Part shown: piece after piece, positions 19,981 to 30,579 of the stretch
Layout of the letters: each line of letters starts with the position of its first letter
Numbering within the stretch: the stretch's first letter is position 1
From: Magnetococcus sp. DMHC-6
GTDB taxonomy: Bacteria > Pseudomonadota > Magnetococcia > Magnetococcales > JADFZT01
DNA length: 64,000 bases
Assembly (NCBI GenBank): GCA_039908535.1
Contig: JAMOAW010000001.1
Location: 50,259 to 114,258 of the forward strand
Direction of reading: 5' to 3'
Notes under the pieces: model-generated
What the model was told of the DNA's origin: nothing
What the model saw: only the letters and a program-made list of their open reading frames with translations
Databases searched by the model: none
Made by a program: the position numbers and the translations under genes

Positions 19981-20949
19981 TCATGTCCGCCACTTACCAT
20001 CCACAAATCCTCCTCGTCCCCCCTCCTGATAACCACTGGAACCATGATGAACAAGTTTGCGACCCTGTTTCTTAACCCGATCAAAGTTAATCTTTTCGGC
20101 ATAACCAAGAAAAGAGAGTTCGCTCCCAGGGAAAAAAGGCACCCCTTGCCCAGAACCATGAAAACCCGGCGGGGAGTCTCCCAATACCGATGTCCACCAT
20201 GATTTATCATAAAACAGAGAGACCACATGAATAGACCACGGTTCATGTGAATAAAAACGCGCCCCTTCGTGAAGTTTTGGCCACAAATATTGCAAACAAT
20301 CACGCACCGAACTGGCTAAATCGGCATCTTCAAAGACCATGACCACATCTTCAGTGGGAATGGTCGGCAAACTATCCTGAAAATACCCCGCCACAAAATG
20401 ACAAACCTCTATCTCCCCCAAAGTTTGTATCACCTGCCGAACGCCCTGCTGACCACCTACGCTGGTAAACTCTCCTTTTTCCCAAATATAGTAAAAATCT
20501 TGATCATGGGAATAGATTTCGTGGCTTTCACCCTCTTCTGGTTCAGGCAACCCGGCAAAAGAGTCACAGATAAACAAACGTCGACCCACCAAAGCACAAA
20601 CAATAGAAAGGCTGGCAGAACTGGCCCCTTGATAACAACCACACTCCACCACATCACCTATCCAATCTTTTGGAATACCAAGAATGGTATCAACAAGTTT
20701 TAAATGTTGTTTCCAATGGGAACCAGAACGAACCCGATAGGAATTATTGATGATACGACGCGCCAAACGCCATTTTTGCCAATACCCAACCCCATACTCT
20801 TTGCCACTCGATCTACCCACAAAACGCAAAACAAAAGGGAGATCCGGCAACTCCCGTATCCGTCGAATCACAGGACGCAAGAGCGGTTTAATCCATTTTA
20901 AAAAGAAATTTTGCATAAATTCCACCAAATCAAAAAACGATATCGCCAA
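19981..20949 (-). CDS. TylF/macrocin-O-methyltransferase-like class I SAM methyltransferase
   Basis: VVECGCYQGASSASL...LFICDSFAGLPEP matches the TylF-family layout. Confidence 0.7.
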   Translation of the reverse strand: MAISFFDLVEFMQNFFLKWIKPLLRPVIRRIRELPDLPFVLRFVGRSSGKEYGVGYWQKWRLARRIINNSYRVRSGSHWKQHLKLVDTILGIPKDWIGDVVECGCYQGASSASLSIVCALVGRRLFICDSFAGLPEPEEGESHEIYSHDQDFYYIWEKGEFTSVGGQQGVRQVIQTLGEIEVCHFVAGYFQDSLPTIPTEDVVMVFEDADLASSVRDCLQYLWPKLHEGARFYSHEPWSIHVVSLFYDKSWWTSVLGDSPPGFHGSGQGVPFFPGSELSFLGYAEKINFDRVKKQGRKLVHHGSSGYQEGGRGGFVDGKWRT

Positions 20950-22015
20950 AATAGCCGCTTAAACAACTCTCCCCACTCCCCATAACAAAAGTGATCCCTT
21001 TTGGAAATCGACAATAAATGGCAGATGGTCGGGTTCTTTGGATAGACCATCCGCTCAAAAGAGCAGCCTGTTTAAACAAAGCGTTATATTCAGGAACAAT
21101 AACCATGGCAAACCGATTTTGTTCACTATAATCAATAGCTGCCTGAATAAGGGCGACAAAAGTCCAAGGCGTGCGCTCCAGGCTCCAGATATCCAAACAA
21201 ACAAAATGAATGGTATCAAAAGGCAAACTCACCGGAAACTGCGCAAAAAGAGCATATCCCGTCAAAATATTTTTGGCATCATAACACCCAAACAAAACCA
21301 AGTTACGGATCGGATTGGCATAAACGAGCCATTGCAGATCCAAGGAAGTACGCCGCTGACTGAAGGTAAAATAATCCGCTGTCCTTTGCCATAAACGGTC
21401 GAATTCCTCTCCCACATGATCCAGCAGTTGAACCTGTAAACCGTTTTTATTGCGACGGGTACCGCTAAATCCCATTCTTACGACTTTGTGCCACCATCGG
21501 ATCGTCCAAGAGAGTCCATACGCCAAAAATTTAGGAATTTTTTTCTTTCGCAACTGCCAAGCCAAAAACTCTGTATTTGTAACAAAAAGATATTCGCATA
21601 ACGTGTCGGCTAAATTACAAAAACGAAAACTTCGTAGGATAGCCGCCACATCCAAAGTAGGCGTGGTATTGAAGACAAGCCGATCTTTTGCATGGGTAAG
21701 CGCCTTTGAGAGAAGTCGCAAACTCTCCCCCTGATACGCCTCTTGAACCCGCCAAGTAGAAAAATTACTCACCAAAACCTGCTGACCAAAAAGCTGAACA
21801 GAACTGGGAATATCAGCCAGCATTCCAACAATCGTTGTCTCCTCCAAAAGCATCCAACCCCGAATCCAATGCGCCGAAAAAACGGGATTCTTTTCCCACC
21901 AAAAAAGAAAACGCTCTTCCCACAAGGATGCCTGGTAAATATCTCCAGGAAAGTTGGCACAAAACACCGCCAAGGCCGGATAATCCGCAGCCTGGATGGG
22001 AAGCAACTGAATCAT
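20930..22015 (-). CDS. Hypothetical protein, possibly a GNAT-fold acyltransferase
   Basis: A long ORF in an operon with the ACP, ligase and SDR genes. The N-terminal region is weakly GNAT-like. The call is tentative. Confidence 0.45.
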   Translation of the reverse strand: MIQLLPIQAADYPALAVFCANFPGDIYQASLWEERFLFWWEKNPVFSAHWIRGWMLLEETTIVGMLADIPSSVQLFGQQVLVSNFSTWRVQEAYQGESLRLLSKALTHAKDRLVFNTTPTLDVAAILRSFRFCNLADTLCEYLFVTNTEFLAWQLRKKKIPKFLAYGLSWTIRWWHKVVRMGFSGTRRNKNGLQVQLLDHVGEEFDRLWQRTADYFTFSQRRTSLDLQWLVYANPIRNLVLFGCYDAKNILTGYALFAQFPVSLPFDTIHFVCLDIWSLERTPWTFVALIQAAIDYSEQNRFAMVIVPEYNALFKQAALLSGWSIQRTRPSAIYCRFPKGITFVMGSGESCLSGYFGDIVF

Positions 22016-22020
22016 TTGCT

Positions 22021-23325
22021 TCAGCTTTGTTTAAAACGATGATTAAAAGGAACAGAACCAATGCAAAAACGATGCGGCCTCTTTTCTTCAGGAAGACGTT
22101 CAGCCAAAAAGGCGCGTAATTGCTCCCGTGTCAAGGTTATGTTGGGCCGAGGTTCGCAAGTTATTTCAATAAATTGACCCGTGATCGGATTGTTCACCCC
22201 TTTGACCTTGGCCCGCAATACCCCAGGATGGGTCAGAGCGACCTCTTCCAACTCAGCCGGAAGAACTTTTATGCCACCCATGTTGATCACATCCCCTGTC
22301 CGTCCAAGGATACGCAAATAGGAACCCTTTTGCTCCACAAGGTCTCCAGTATGATACCACCCTTCGCCATCAAAAGGAGAAGGAGCATTCAGATAACCCA
22401 ACATTCTGTTTTCAGCCTTAATCTTCAGAATACCCTCTTCTACCTTGACCAAAACCCCTTCCCCACCAATCTGCATCCATAGACTCTCCCGACTTTCTGA
22501 TTTAACACGCAAAATGCTCAACTCTGACATCCCATAGGTTTGCCGAAAATCCACTTGCGGCAGGAGTTTGCCCAAGCTTTGCAGGGTATATGGATCCATC
22601 CGTTCGGTGCCATACGTAATGACTTTTAAAGAAGGGGGCGGAGGAGAGTGTTCCAACAAACCACTCAAAAAAAGCAGACGCAAAAAGGTGGGACTGGTAG
22701 GGAGAAGTTCCGCATCAAACGCCTTAATGGTGTCCAATACCTGATCGGGACGACGTCCTGAGGGAATGATCAAACAGCCACGATTAAAAAGGGTATGAAA
22801 TAAGGTATTGATACCACCAATATGATCAAACATTAAAAAAGAAATGGTGCGTAAAGTGGGACGTTTGGTTCGATAACGTTCCAAAAAAAAGTTAAAATCG
22901 TGCAAAATGGCCTTTGGACGACCGGTGGTCCCCGTGGAAAAAAGAATTAACCCGGGATGATGTCTAGCCCGCAGAGTCTCTAAAAAAGGGTGCTCTTTTT
23001 GTTGAAGACGTAGCCTCTGGGCCTGATCTTTCTCCACAACCCAATCCACACCAGCCGCTTCAAAAAAATAGTCGTGCTGCTGACGTGTCTCCGGTGTGAG
23101 AGGAACCACGACCCCACCCCTATCGACCACCTCAATCAATTGTTTAATGGCTTGAGGAGAAAAATCACCGATGACAGCCACCACATCTCCAGGAGAAATC
23201 TCTGCCACTGCGGGCAATCCAGGTGCGGCTTCCAAGTTTGTAAATCGAAGCTCAAACTCTGGACCGATCAAAAAAGGATCGGTAAATCCACGATAACGGT
23301 CCGCCAATTCTGTTAGCAGATGCAT
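22021..23325 (-). CDS. AMP-dependent synthetase/ligase (acyl-CoA or acyl-ACP ligase)
   Basis: AMP-binding motif ILFSTGTTGRPKAILH, YGMSE, TGDL and GGIKV motifs. Confidence 0.85.
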   Translation of the reverse strand: MHLLTELADRYRGFTDPFLIGPEFELRFTNLEAAPGLPAVAEISPGDVVAVIGDFSPQAIKQLIEVVDRGGVVVPLTPETRQQHDYFFEAAGVDWVVEKDQAQRLRLQQKEHPFLETLRARHHPGLILFSTGTTGRPKAILHDFNFFLERYRTKRPTLRTISFLMFDHIGGINTLFHTLFNRGCLIIPSGRRPDQVLDTIKAFDAELLPTSPTFLRLLFLSGLLEHSPPPPSLKVITYGTERMDPYTLQSLGKLLPQVDFRQTYGMSELSILRVKSESRESLWMQIGGEGVLVKVEEGILKIKAENRMLGYLNAPSPFDGEGWYHTGDLVEQKGSYLRILGRTGDVINMGGIKVLPAELEEVALTHPGVLRAKVKGVNNPITGQFIEITCEPRPNITLTREQLRAFLAERLPEEKRPHRFCIGSVPFNHRFKQS

Positions 23326-23379
23326 CTGTTCACCTCCCTTACAATTTGTATGAGGAGCATATCGATCAGAGGCAAAGGG

Positions 23380-24066
23380 TTACACCCCTCCTAAATGAAT
23401 AATTTCACCGCTGATCATGGCGGCCTCTTCGGAAAGAAGCCATTTTACCGTTTGATACACATCTTCTGGAATCGCTTTACGAGAGATCACCTGTTGATTG
23501 ACCACCTCTTGGATACGTTCACTGGAAACCTTGGCAATAAGATCGGTATCAATAGGACCGGGGGCAAGGACATTAACCGTTGTGCCATGCTCAGCCATCT
23601 CGCGGGCAAAGGTACGGGAAAAGCTCTCCACACCCGCTTTAGAGGCGGCATAAACCGCCTCTCCTTTAAGTGCCAAATGAACAGCAATGGTGGAAAAATT
23701 AATAATCCGTCCCTGTTTCTGGCGAGCCAACAACCAACCGACCATTTGCGAACAATAAATCGTCCCCAAAAGATTAACAGCCACAAGGCGTTCAATGGTT
23801 TGTGTCGGCATGAGAAGCGTTAAATTCATAGAGGCGATTCCCGCCGCATTAATCAGTCCATAAAGAGTTTTCTCTCTCTTAAATGAACTCATCACCTGCT
23901 TGACCGCAGCGGGATCAGACACATCACAAAGACGAATTTCAAACGACGCCTCAGGAAGAGTATGACGGGCCAAACCAATGACCCGATAACCATCTTCGGT
24001 AGCCCGTTGCGCTAAATGGTATCCCAGACCACGTGAGGCCCCTGTAATCAGAAGGGTTTTGTTCAT
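23380..24066 (-). CDS. Short-chain dehydrogenase/reductase (FabG-like)
   Basis: TGASRGLG cofactor motif, NAAG, and the YAASKAG catalytic motif. Confidence 0.9.
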   Translation of the reverse strand: MNKTLLITGASRGLGYHLAQRATEDGYRVIGLARHTLPEASFEIRLCDVSDPAAVKQVMSSFKREKTLYGLINAAGIASMNLTLLMPTQTIERLVAVNLLGTIYCSQMVGWLLARQKQGRIINFSTIAVHLALKGEAVYAASKAGVESFSRTFAREMAEHGTTVNVLAPGPIDTDLIAKVSSERIQEVVNQQVISRKAIPEDVYQTVKWLLSEEAAMISGEIIHLGGV

Positions 24067-24353
24067 CTGCCTTCAGTCAATTGAACAATATACGCCACAA
24101 GCGTCTCTAATGTTCTGTATACACTACGATTTTCAGATAAGGCACTATCCGAGGTCCAATCAAAAGTCACCGACAAAGTTTCATCACAAAATTCTTCAAC
24201 AGCGACCAATAACTCAACCAGTTGCCTGGATTTAAATGGGGAATCACGACCAATGAGAGGGGTATCTAAAGTGACAATCAATGGAGATGCCAATAATCCC
24301 TGCGCAATGGACAAAATATGTTGTTCGCACTGCTCTCTGATAGGGGTACCCAT
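24063..24353 (-). CDS. Acyl carrier protein-like
   Basis: LIGRDSPFKSRQLVELLVAVEEF resembles the phosphopantetheine attachment Ser context. 4 nt overlap with the SDR gene. Confidence 0.65.
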   Translation of the reverse strand: MGTPIREQCEQHILSIAQGLLASPLIVTLDTPLIGRDSPFKSRQLVELLVAVEEFCDETLSVTFDWTSDSALSENRSVYRTLETLVAYIVQLTEGR

Positions 24354-24393
24354 AAAAAGACCTCTTAAGTTGCTGTATGAGAATATCTATGGC

Positions 24394-25758
24394 TCAATAG
24401 TCAAATTGCGGCAAAGAAGGAAATGCCGCATTTTTACGCTGTGTGAACCGAATACCACTGGCCCGATAGGTGCCATTACGGCCTGGTAAAACTTCAAATT
24501 CAATGGTATCACCAGGCAATGGGGTGATCTCTGGCTCAATAAATTCAGAGACATGCAGATAAATATTATTGCGCCGACACTTGGCAAACCCATACCCTTT
24601 TTCGGAAAAATAGGCGGTAATCACGGCATTTTCTAGGCTACCAATCACCAAATTATCCCCAGAACCCACATGACTGCTGGGCGTCTCTCCTTCAAAAGGG
24701 ATCACCTGCGAGGCGGTAAGACCTTCCATGTCTGAACCTGAGTTGACCGTAAATTCAACGATATCGTTGATACTGATATATTTTCCATGAATCTCTTGAG
24801 GAATCATATAAAATTTTAACAGTTCGGAATCGTTGTTACGAATCGAAATAAATCCCCCAATGAAAGGATCTATGGATTCCACTTGACCTTGCAATCGACC
24901 TCCCATCACCAAAACGGAACAGGCTTGTGGACGTCCACCCTTGCCGGGTTTAATCACAAACTGGACATCGTCATGTTCATGGATGGGAGGTTGCGTCAAG
25001 ACGTAGGTCATATGAAAATAAATTTCTTTGTATTCATTATTTTCATTATAATATTGGATAAACCCAAATCCCCTCTCCTCTTTAAAGGCCGATACCTTAC
25101 CAAAATAGACCATTTTTTCGGACTGCCCATCCTGGTCACTCTCACCTGGGGCTTCCATACTGGTGCGCGCCAAATATTCTGGACAGTGAGCTTGCCAAAA
25201 AATGGAATATATTTCAATTGGTTTGGCGATAGCTTCCAGTCGGCGCGGCGGTTCTTCCAAAAAATAATCACGCGTCGAACGACGACATTTTTTCCCAGCG
25301 ACCGATTGAATATCCGCCTCTGTGATATACTCAATCCCATCCCGTTGCACAATGATCGCATTCCCACGGGCCAAATCACACAGTTGCCGGGCAACCTCGA
25401 CAGTGAAGCCAAACAAATCCGTAAGACCTTGACCAAGATCGGATTCGTACACAACTCCAGTGGCAATACCAACTTTACAGCTCACGACACCCTGCTCTGA
25501 AGAGGCCTCCTTTTCCGCCTGGATTCGGTCTTGCAAAGTGATAGCGGCTTGAATCGCGGATTCCGGCAAGGCAAACGAAGCCATGATTTGCCAACCAAAG
25601 GGACGAACAAATTGAACCCCATGCCCCTGAAAACTCTCTATCGCCAAGAGGATAAAATGTCTGAATATTTCAATCCACTCAATCTCAGGGTGATTTTTTT
25701 GATATTGAGTGACATTAAAAATTTTCGCAAAAAGGATGGTCTTCTCTGTTTTTTTCAT
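24394..25758 (-). CDS. Cyclase-homology-like N-terminal domain fused to three cold-shock/OB-like domains
   Basis: N-terminal ILFAKIFNVT, where class III cyclases have ILFADI.GFT. Then YFGKVSAFKEERGFGFIQY, LQGQVESIDPFIGGFISI and ITAYFSEKGYGFAKC, which are CSD-like. Confidence 0.6.
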   Translation of the reverse strand: MKKTEKTILFAKIFNVTQYQKNHPEIEWIEIFRHFILLAIESFQGHGVQFVRPFGWQIMASFALPESAIQAAITLQDRIQAEKEASSEQGVVSCKVGIATGVVYESDLGQGLTDLFGFTVEVARQLCDLARGNAIIVQRDGIEYITEADIQSVAGKKCRRSTRDYFLEEPPRRLEAIAKPIEIYSIFWQAHCPEYLARTSMEAPGESDQDGQSEKMVYFGKVSAFKEERGFGFIQYYNENNEYKEIYFHMTYVLTQPPIHEHDDVQFVIKPGKGGRPQACSVLVMGGRLQGQVESIDPFIGGFISIRNNDSELLKFYMIPQEIHGKYISINDIVEFTVNSGSDMEGLTASQVIPFEGETPSSHVGSGDNLVIGSLENAVITAYFSEKGYGFAKCRRNNIYLHVSEFIEPEITPLPGDTIEFEVLPGRNGTYRASGIRFTQRKNAAFPSLPQFDY

Positions 25759-25777
25759 AAGGAACTGACCGTTAAAA

Positions 25778-26374
25778 TCACTTTCTTTGCGCTTTTAAAA
25801 TAAAAATTGGCTCCAAGGGAACATTTTGATGACCCTGTTTGTTTCCAGTTTTAACCTCAGCCATTTTGTCAACAATGTCCATCCCTTCGATAACCTTGCC
25901 AAAAACGGCATAACCGAAATCCCGTCCACTATGATCCAAAAAGGCATTATCGACAAGATTGATGAAAAATTGCGCCGTGGCACTATTGATTTCATTGGTA
26001 CGCGCCATGGCCAGGGTGCCGCGTTGATTACGAACACCGTTGTCCGCTTCATTTTTAATGGGATCCAAGGTTGGCTTGCTGGACAAAGAGAGCGTTAAAC
26101 CACCCCCTTGAACCATAAAACCTGGGATGATCCGATGAAAAATAGTATCATTATAAAAGCCTGAATCCACATAAGCTAAAAAATTTTTTACGCTAATGGG
26201 TGCCTTGTCTGCAAACAGTTCGATGGTGATATCACCAAGCGATGTCGAAAGAATAACCATAGGAGATTCCTTGCCAATAGGGTTGGAGGCCGGTTCTTGA
26301 GCGAATACCGTCCCGATGATGGAGATCAAAAAAAACACACCAAACAAAATAACTGAAAATAAACGTGTCCTCAT
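25778..26374 (-). CDS. Periplasmic cyclophilin-type peptidyl-prolyl cis-trans isomerase
   Basis: FHRIIPGFMVQGG, GTLAMAR, SATAQFFINL; signal peptide from the internal ATG at 26374. Confidence 0.9.
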   Translation of the reverse strand: MRTRLFSVILFGVFFLISIIGTVFAQEPASNPIGKESPMVILSTSLGDITIELFADKAPISVKNFLAYVDSGFYNDTIFHRIIPGFMVQGGGLTLSLSSKPTLDPIKNEADNGVRNQRGTLAMARTNEINSATAQFFINLVDNAFLDHSGRDFGYAVFGKVIEGMDIVDKMAEVKTGNKQGHQNVPLEPIFILKAQRK

Positions 26375-26444
26375 CTCAAAATGGATCCTTTCATTTTCAT
26401 CTGTTCTGACGATTAGGAGTCGAATACAATCCACTGCTTCTTGC

Positions 26445-26602
26445 GAACATGATGCCCTACGGGCAAAAAATTAAAATCAAAAACAAAACCTTGGGGGATG
26501 AATCCCCCAAACCCCCTCTTTTTTTTAAGTATTAAAAAAAAGAGGGGATTGGGGGGCGGTTCTGGGCCCCCCAAGGTCTTGATTTTTATTTTTCCGATAC
26601 AT
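26445..26602 (-). repeat. Modular hairpin repeat, full-length, inverted
   Basis: Starts GAACATGATGCCCTACGGGCAAAAAA and ends TTTTTCCGATACAT. Confidence 0.9.
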
Positions 26603-26688
26603 TCAAATGGTCCAAAAGATTACCAGTCTTATCGCTATATGGAAAGAGTTGATAGAAATCACGCCAATTTTTATAAACAATAAAATAT

Positions 26689-29610
26689 TTATAGCAGATT
26701 CAGCTTAAAAAAATCAACGAACTGATCGGCAGGCAAGGGGCGACCGAATAAAAATCCTTGTATTTCATCACATTTTAATTCAGTTAAAATTTTAAGCTGC
26801 TCTTTTGTTTCCACCCCTTCAGCGGTGACCGTCAGATTCAGAATATGGGCCATATCAATAATGGCTTTGGTAATGGCCGCATCTTCGCTGTTTTGGCTGA
26901 TTTCACAAATGAAGGAGCGGTCAATTTTAAGAACATGCACGGGTAGGCGACGCAAATGCGCAAAGGAAGAGTAACCCGTGCCAAAATCATCCACCGCCAA
27001 GTGAATCCACATCTCCCGCAATGTTTTTAAGGTATAAATCGCGTTGCTCATTTCATCCATCACAATGGCCTCGGTCAATTCCAATTCCAAAGCACTCGGA
27101 CTCAATTTAACCCGATCCAAAGCTTGGTTAACCTGTTGAATCAAATCCGGGCGACGAAACAATCGATCAGAAACATTGACCGAAATACGCAAAGGAGGAT
27201 ATCCCGCATCCAACCAGGATCGAGCCTGCCGACAAGATTCATTTAAAATCCAAATATCCAGTTCGTCAATCAAACCGGTCTCCTCGGCCAAAGGCAGAAA
27301 ATCCCCAGGAGAGACCAAACCAATGTCTGGTCGCCGCCAACGAATCAGAGCCTCCGCCCCCCCAATGCGACCAGTCGCCAGATGAAGACGGGGTTGATAG
27401 TGAGCCTCCATTTCACCCCGCTCAATGGCTCGCCGCAAGGCACTTTCAAGAGAAAGACGCGGACCAGCTTTTTTATTGAGATCATCGGAATAAAAACTAT
27501 AGCGATTTTTACCCATGGCCTTGGCATGATGCATCGCCAACGTGGCATTTTTAAGCAAAATCTCCGCCACCGATCCATTATCTGGAAAAAGAGAAATCCC
27601 TGTACTAAAGGTCGCGTAAATCTCTTCTCCCTTTTCCAGTAAAACCGGCTTACTGGAGGTGTGCAAAACTTTTTCTGCGACAAAAATGGCATCATCGGAT
27701 TTAGCAATATCCAGCAGAAGGATCACAAACTCATCGGCCCCCAATCTGGCCACACTATCCCCTTCCCGCACGCAGGCTTGCAAACGGCTGGCCGTCTCTT
27801 GTAGCAATTGATCTCCAGCCCGATGACCTAATGTATCGTTGATCACCTTAAAACGATCCAAATTGCACACCATAATCCCAAGCTTTTTCTTGCGCCAAGG
27901 AGCCCTGGTCATGGCCTGATTCAACCGCTCTATCACCAAATTACGATTGGGTAGTTTGGTCAGCAGGTCAAAATTGGCCATAAAATGCAAACGCATTTCA
28001 TCCGCTTTGCGTTGGCGAATATCCACCACCAAAATGACCATACCGACAATCTGATTGGCAACCCGATAAAGCAGATTACAAGATATTGAAACAGGAATGA
28101 TGCGGTTATCGTGGGTAATAAACTCCGTCTCCCGGGCACGAATCGTCCCCTTGGTCAATAAATCACGATAAAGTTCCGCCGAAAAGGCATGATCTGGTAA
28201 CAATTGATCAAATGGACGTCCCACAAGATCCTTGGCATCTTCTCCCAAAATAATCAAAATGGCGGGGTTGACCCGTTGAATACGATTTTCCACATCCAAA
28301 ACCAATAACCCATCCACCATCGCCTCCAAAACATTATCGGTGAAAAGTTTGGATTCAGTGGTTTGCGATAAATTAAGAACCATTTGATTAAAGGCTTTGG
28401 TAAGAATTCCAAGTTCATCTACTCGAGTCTCTTTGACATGTAACAACGTATTCAAGTGACCATTTGAAATTTTTTGTGCTGATTGCGTCAAGGCTTGCAA
28501 AGGCTCTATCATGCGACCAACCCATACCCAAACGATAAAAACCGCACCCATTAAAGTGATCACGACAATCATGGCAAAGGAAAGAGCCAATTTGGTAAGC
28601 GTCGTCTTCCCTTCCAACAGAGAATGATAAGGACGAATATGGACAACGGACCAACCAAAGGTGTGCAAAGGACGATAGGCGATATAATGGGTCTCTCCTG
28701 CCATTGAAAATTGACCCGTTCCAATCTGTTCTTGAGCAATCTTTATTAAAATATTCCGAAACTCTTTGGTGTTCGAAATAGACAGCGCGGATGGTAAATA
28801 ATCAACCAAATTCGGCGTATGGATTCCTGACGTTTTTTCAGGTTTTAAATCCAAAGAAATCTCTTGTTGAGAATCAGCCACAATTAAACCAGAATCGTCC
28901 AAAATCAAAAAACGACTGTCACCTTTTTGTGTAGCCAACGACTCCTCTTCTCTGATAAATTTCTGAAACAAGGAGAGAGGCAGTTCATAATGAAAAAGAG
29001 CTGGTTTGCTGCCATCCTCTAAAAAAATAGGGGCAGTATAAGAAAAAACCCATTGATTGACATCGGGGGACATATAAGGAGACTGCACATAAACCTCTCC
29101 CGATTTTATCATCGCCATGGTCGGTTTAAAAAAAGGCGCAGTGGATTCAGAGTTGGAATAATCGACATCTGAGGCAATACGACCTTGAGTGATGCGGGTA
29201 TGTTCCTGACCGGTCTTGTCAATCAAACAGGTCTCCACGATGGGCAGACGTTTTTGCAAAGAGAGCACCCAATTATCCATCGTTTGTTTGAGGAGCCGTT
29301 GTCTCGGGGAAAATTGAATAACACCCTGCGCATCCAATTGAAGAGCAGAACGCGACTCTGGAATTGAAAAATATTCTTTAAAAACAGGGTGCTCTATCGC
29401 CATTATCAGGTCACTTTTGGCCTTGGCGTGAAATAAATCGGAACGCTGGCGAATCTCTATATTTTTATTATCCATCACCAAAATGGCACTCTCCACCAAG
29501 GCCTGCTCGGTCATGTAAAAAGAGACCACTCCACTCCCTCCGAGTCCGAGGAGAAGAAGAAAAATAAAAATCAAAATAAATTTTAACTTAAGAGATTTTA
29601 TCGTCAACAT
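26689..29610 (-). CDS. Sensor diguanylate cyclase/phosphodiesterase (periplasmic Cache-like-HAMP-PAS-GGDEF-EAL)
   Basis: Two TM segments; LGADEF (GGDEF variant) with RxGDQLL upstream; EAL region GGEALIRW...DDFGTGYSS...KIDRSF. Confidence 0.9.
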   Translation of the reverse strand: MLTIKSLKLKFILIFIFLLLLGLGGSGVVSFYMTEQALVESAILVMDNKNIEIRQRSDLFHAKAKSDLIMAIEHPVFKEYFSIPESRSALQLDAQGVIQFSPRQRLLKQTMDNWVLSLQKRLPIVETCLIDKTGQEHTRITQGRIASDVDYSNSESTAPFFKPTMAMIKSGEVYVQSPYMSPDVNQWVFSYTAPIFLEDGSKPALFHYELPLSLFQKFIREEESLATQKGDSRFLILDDSGLIVADSQQEISLDLKPEKTSGIHTPNLVDYLPSALSISNTKEFRNILIKIAQEQIGTGQFSMAGETHYIAYRPLHTFGWSVVHIRPYHSLLEGKTTLTKLALSFAMIVVITLMGAVFIVWVWVGRMIEPLQALTQSAQKISNGHLNTLLHVKETRVDELGILTKAFNQMVLNLSQTTESKLFTDNVLEAMVDGLLVLDVENRIQRVNPAILIILGEDAKDLVGRPFDQLLPDHAFSAELYRDLLTKGTIRARETEFITHDNRIIPVSISCNLLYRVANQIVGMVILVVDIRQRKADEMRLHFMANFDLLTKLPNRNLVIERLNQAMTRAPWRKKKLGIMVCNLDRFKVINDTLGHRAGDQLLQETASRLQACVREGDSVARLGADEFVILLLDIAKSDDAIFVAEKVLHTSSKPVLLEKGEEIYATFSTGISLFPDNGSVAEILLKNATLAMHHAKAMGKNRYSFYSDDLNKKAGPRLSLESALRRAIERGEMEAHYQPRLHLATGRIGGAEALIRWRRPDIGLVSPGDFLPLAEETGLIDELDIWILNESCRQARSWLDAGYPPLRISVNVSDRLFRRPDLIQQVNQALDRVKLSPSALELELTEAIVMDEMSNAIYTLKTLREMWIHLAVDDFGTGYSSFAHLRRLPVHVLKIDRSFICEISQNSEDAAITKAIIDMAHILNLTVTAEGVETKEQLKILTELKCDEIQGFLFGRPLPADQFVDFFKLNLL

Positions 29611-29835
29611 TTCATTTGGGCTTGATGGAAGGGATCGAAAACTACGTTCAACAGAGTATGCAACTATTTTTGCAATTCGACTATGTAAAAAAAACTAACA
29701 AAGATTTTTTTCACTCCCTTCAAATGACGATGGGAACCCTTATCTCCATATAAAAAGCTTGGATTCCCACAATCACTTGACAAAATATTTTCTACAAATC
29801 CCGCATGGATAGACAAAGCAGCCCAAAAAAGCGCG

Positions 29836-30315
29836 TTAACGCACTTCTATAGTGCCATTATGAAGGCGACAGGCTCTACGGATATCAGAATGCAAAACGC
29901 CATCCTCCCACCATTCGATTTGAACCCGACGACAATGCGCATGACGATCATGATCACGATTTTTAAGCAGTGTAAAGCGGCGTCCTGATCTTTCATCTTT
30001 CCATGAGGCGGATTGATCGGGGGGGGTATTCACCATGGTATTTTGCAGTTGTTCTTGATCGGCTTTATCCAATTCATTGCCAACCGCATATCCCAATATT
30101 GTCCCGGCAGCCGCGCCGATAAGGGCATTTTCTTGTCTATTTTTTGATGGACCAGACAAACTGCCAATCAGACCGCCACCCAGAGCACCCAATCCAGCCC
30201 CAGACTGTGCCCTGTTGGCACATCCGCCAACAGAAAGAGCCACCAGCAGCAGCGTCAGTGTAAAAAGGTGCGTCGACTTGAAGAAGATACAACGAGAAAA
30301 AGTGTTCATGATCAT
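29836..30315 (-). CDS. Glycine-zipper lipoprotein (17 kDa surface-antigen-like)
   Basis: Lipobox LSVGGC; glycine-zipper GAGLGALGGGLIGSLSG...GAAAGTILGYAVG. Confidence 0.65.
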   Translation of the reverse strand: MIMNTFSRCIFFKSTHLFTLTLLLVALSVGGCANRAQSGAGLGALGGGLIGSLSGPSKNRQENALIGAAAGTILGYAVGNELDKADQEQLQNTMVNTPPDQSASWKDERSGRRFTLLKNRDHDRHAHCRRVQIEWWEDGVLHSDIRRACRLHNGTIEVR

Positions 30316-30579
30316 TTCCTTAAAATTTGCGAATGGGGAACAATTCCTCTATTCTAACACTTAGAAATCGAATCTGGCAATTATTCTATTTGTCAAACAG
30401 ACATATTACCCACTCTTTCGATTAAAATCATCGAAAGACAAGCCTTGAACAATCAATCTACGGTTTTTCCTTTCCATTGTGATGCCTTTTTGAGATAATT
30501 TTAAAAGAGTGTAAACATAACAAGCAAAACCCTGGTGGGGGGTTAGAAAAACCGTATCCAAACTCTCCAAGGTTTGACC

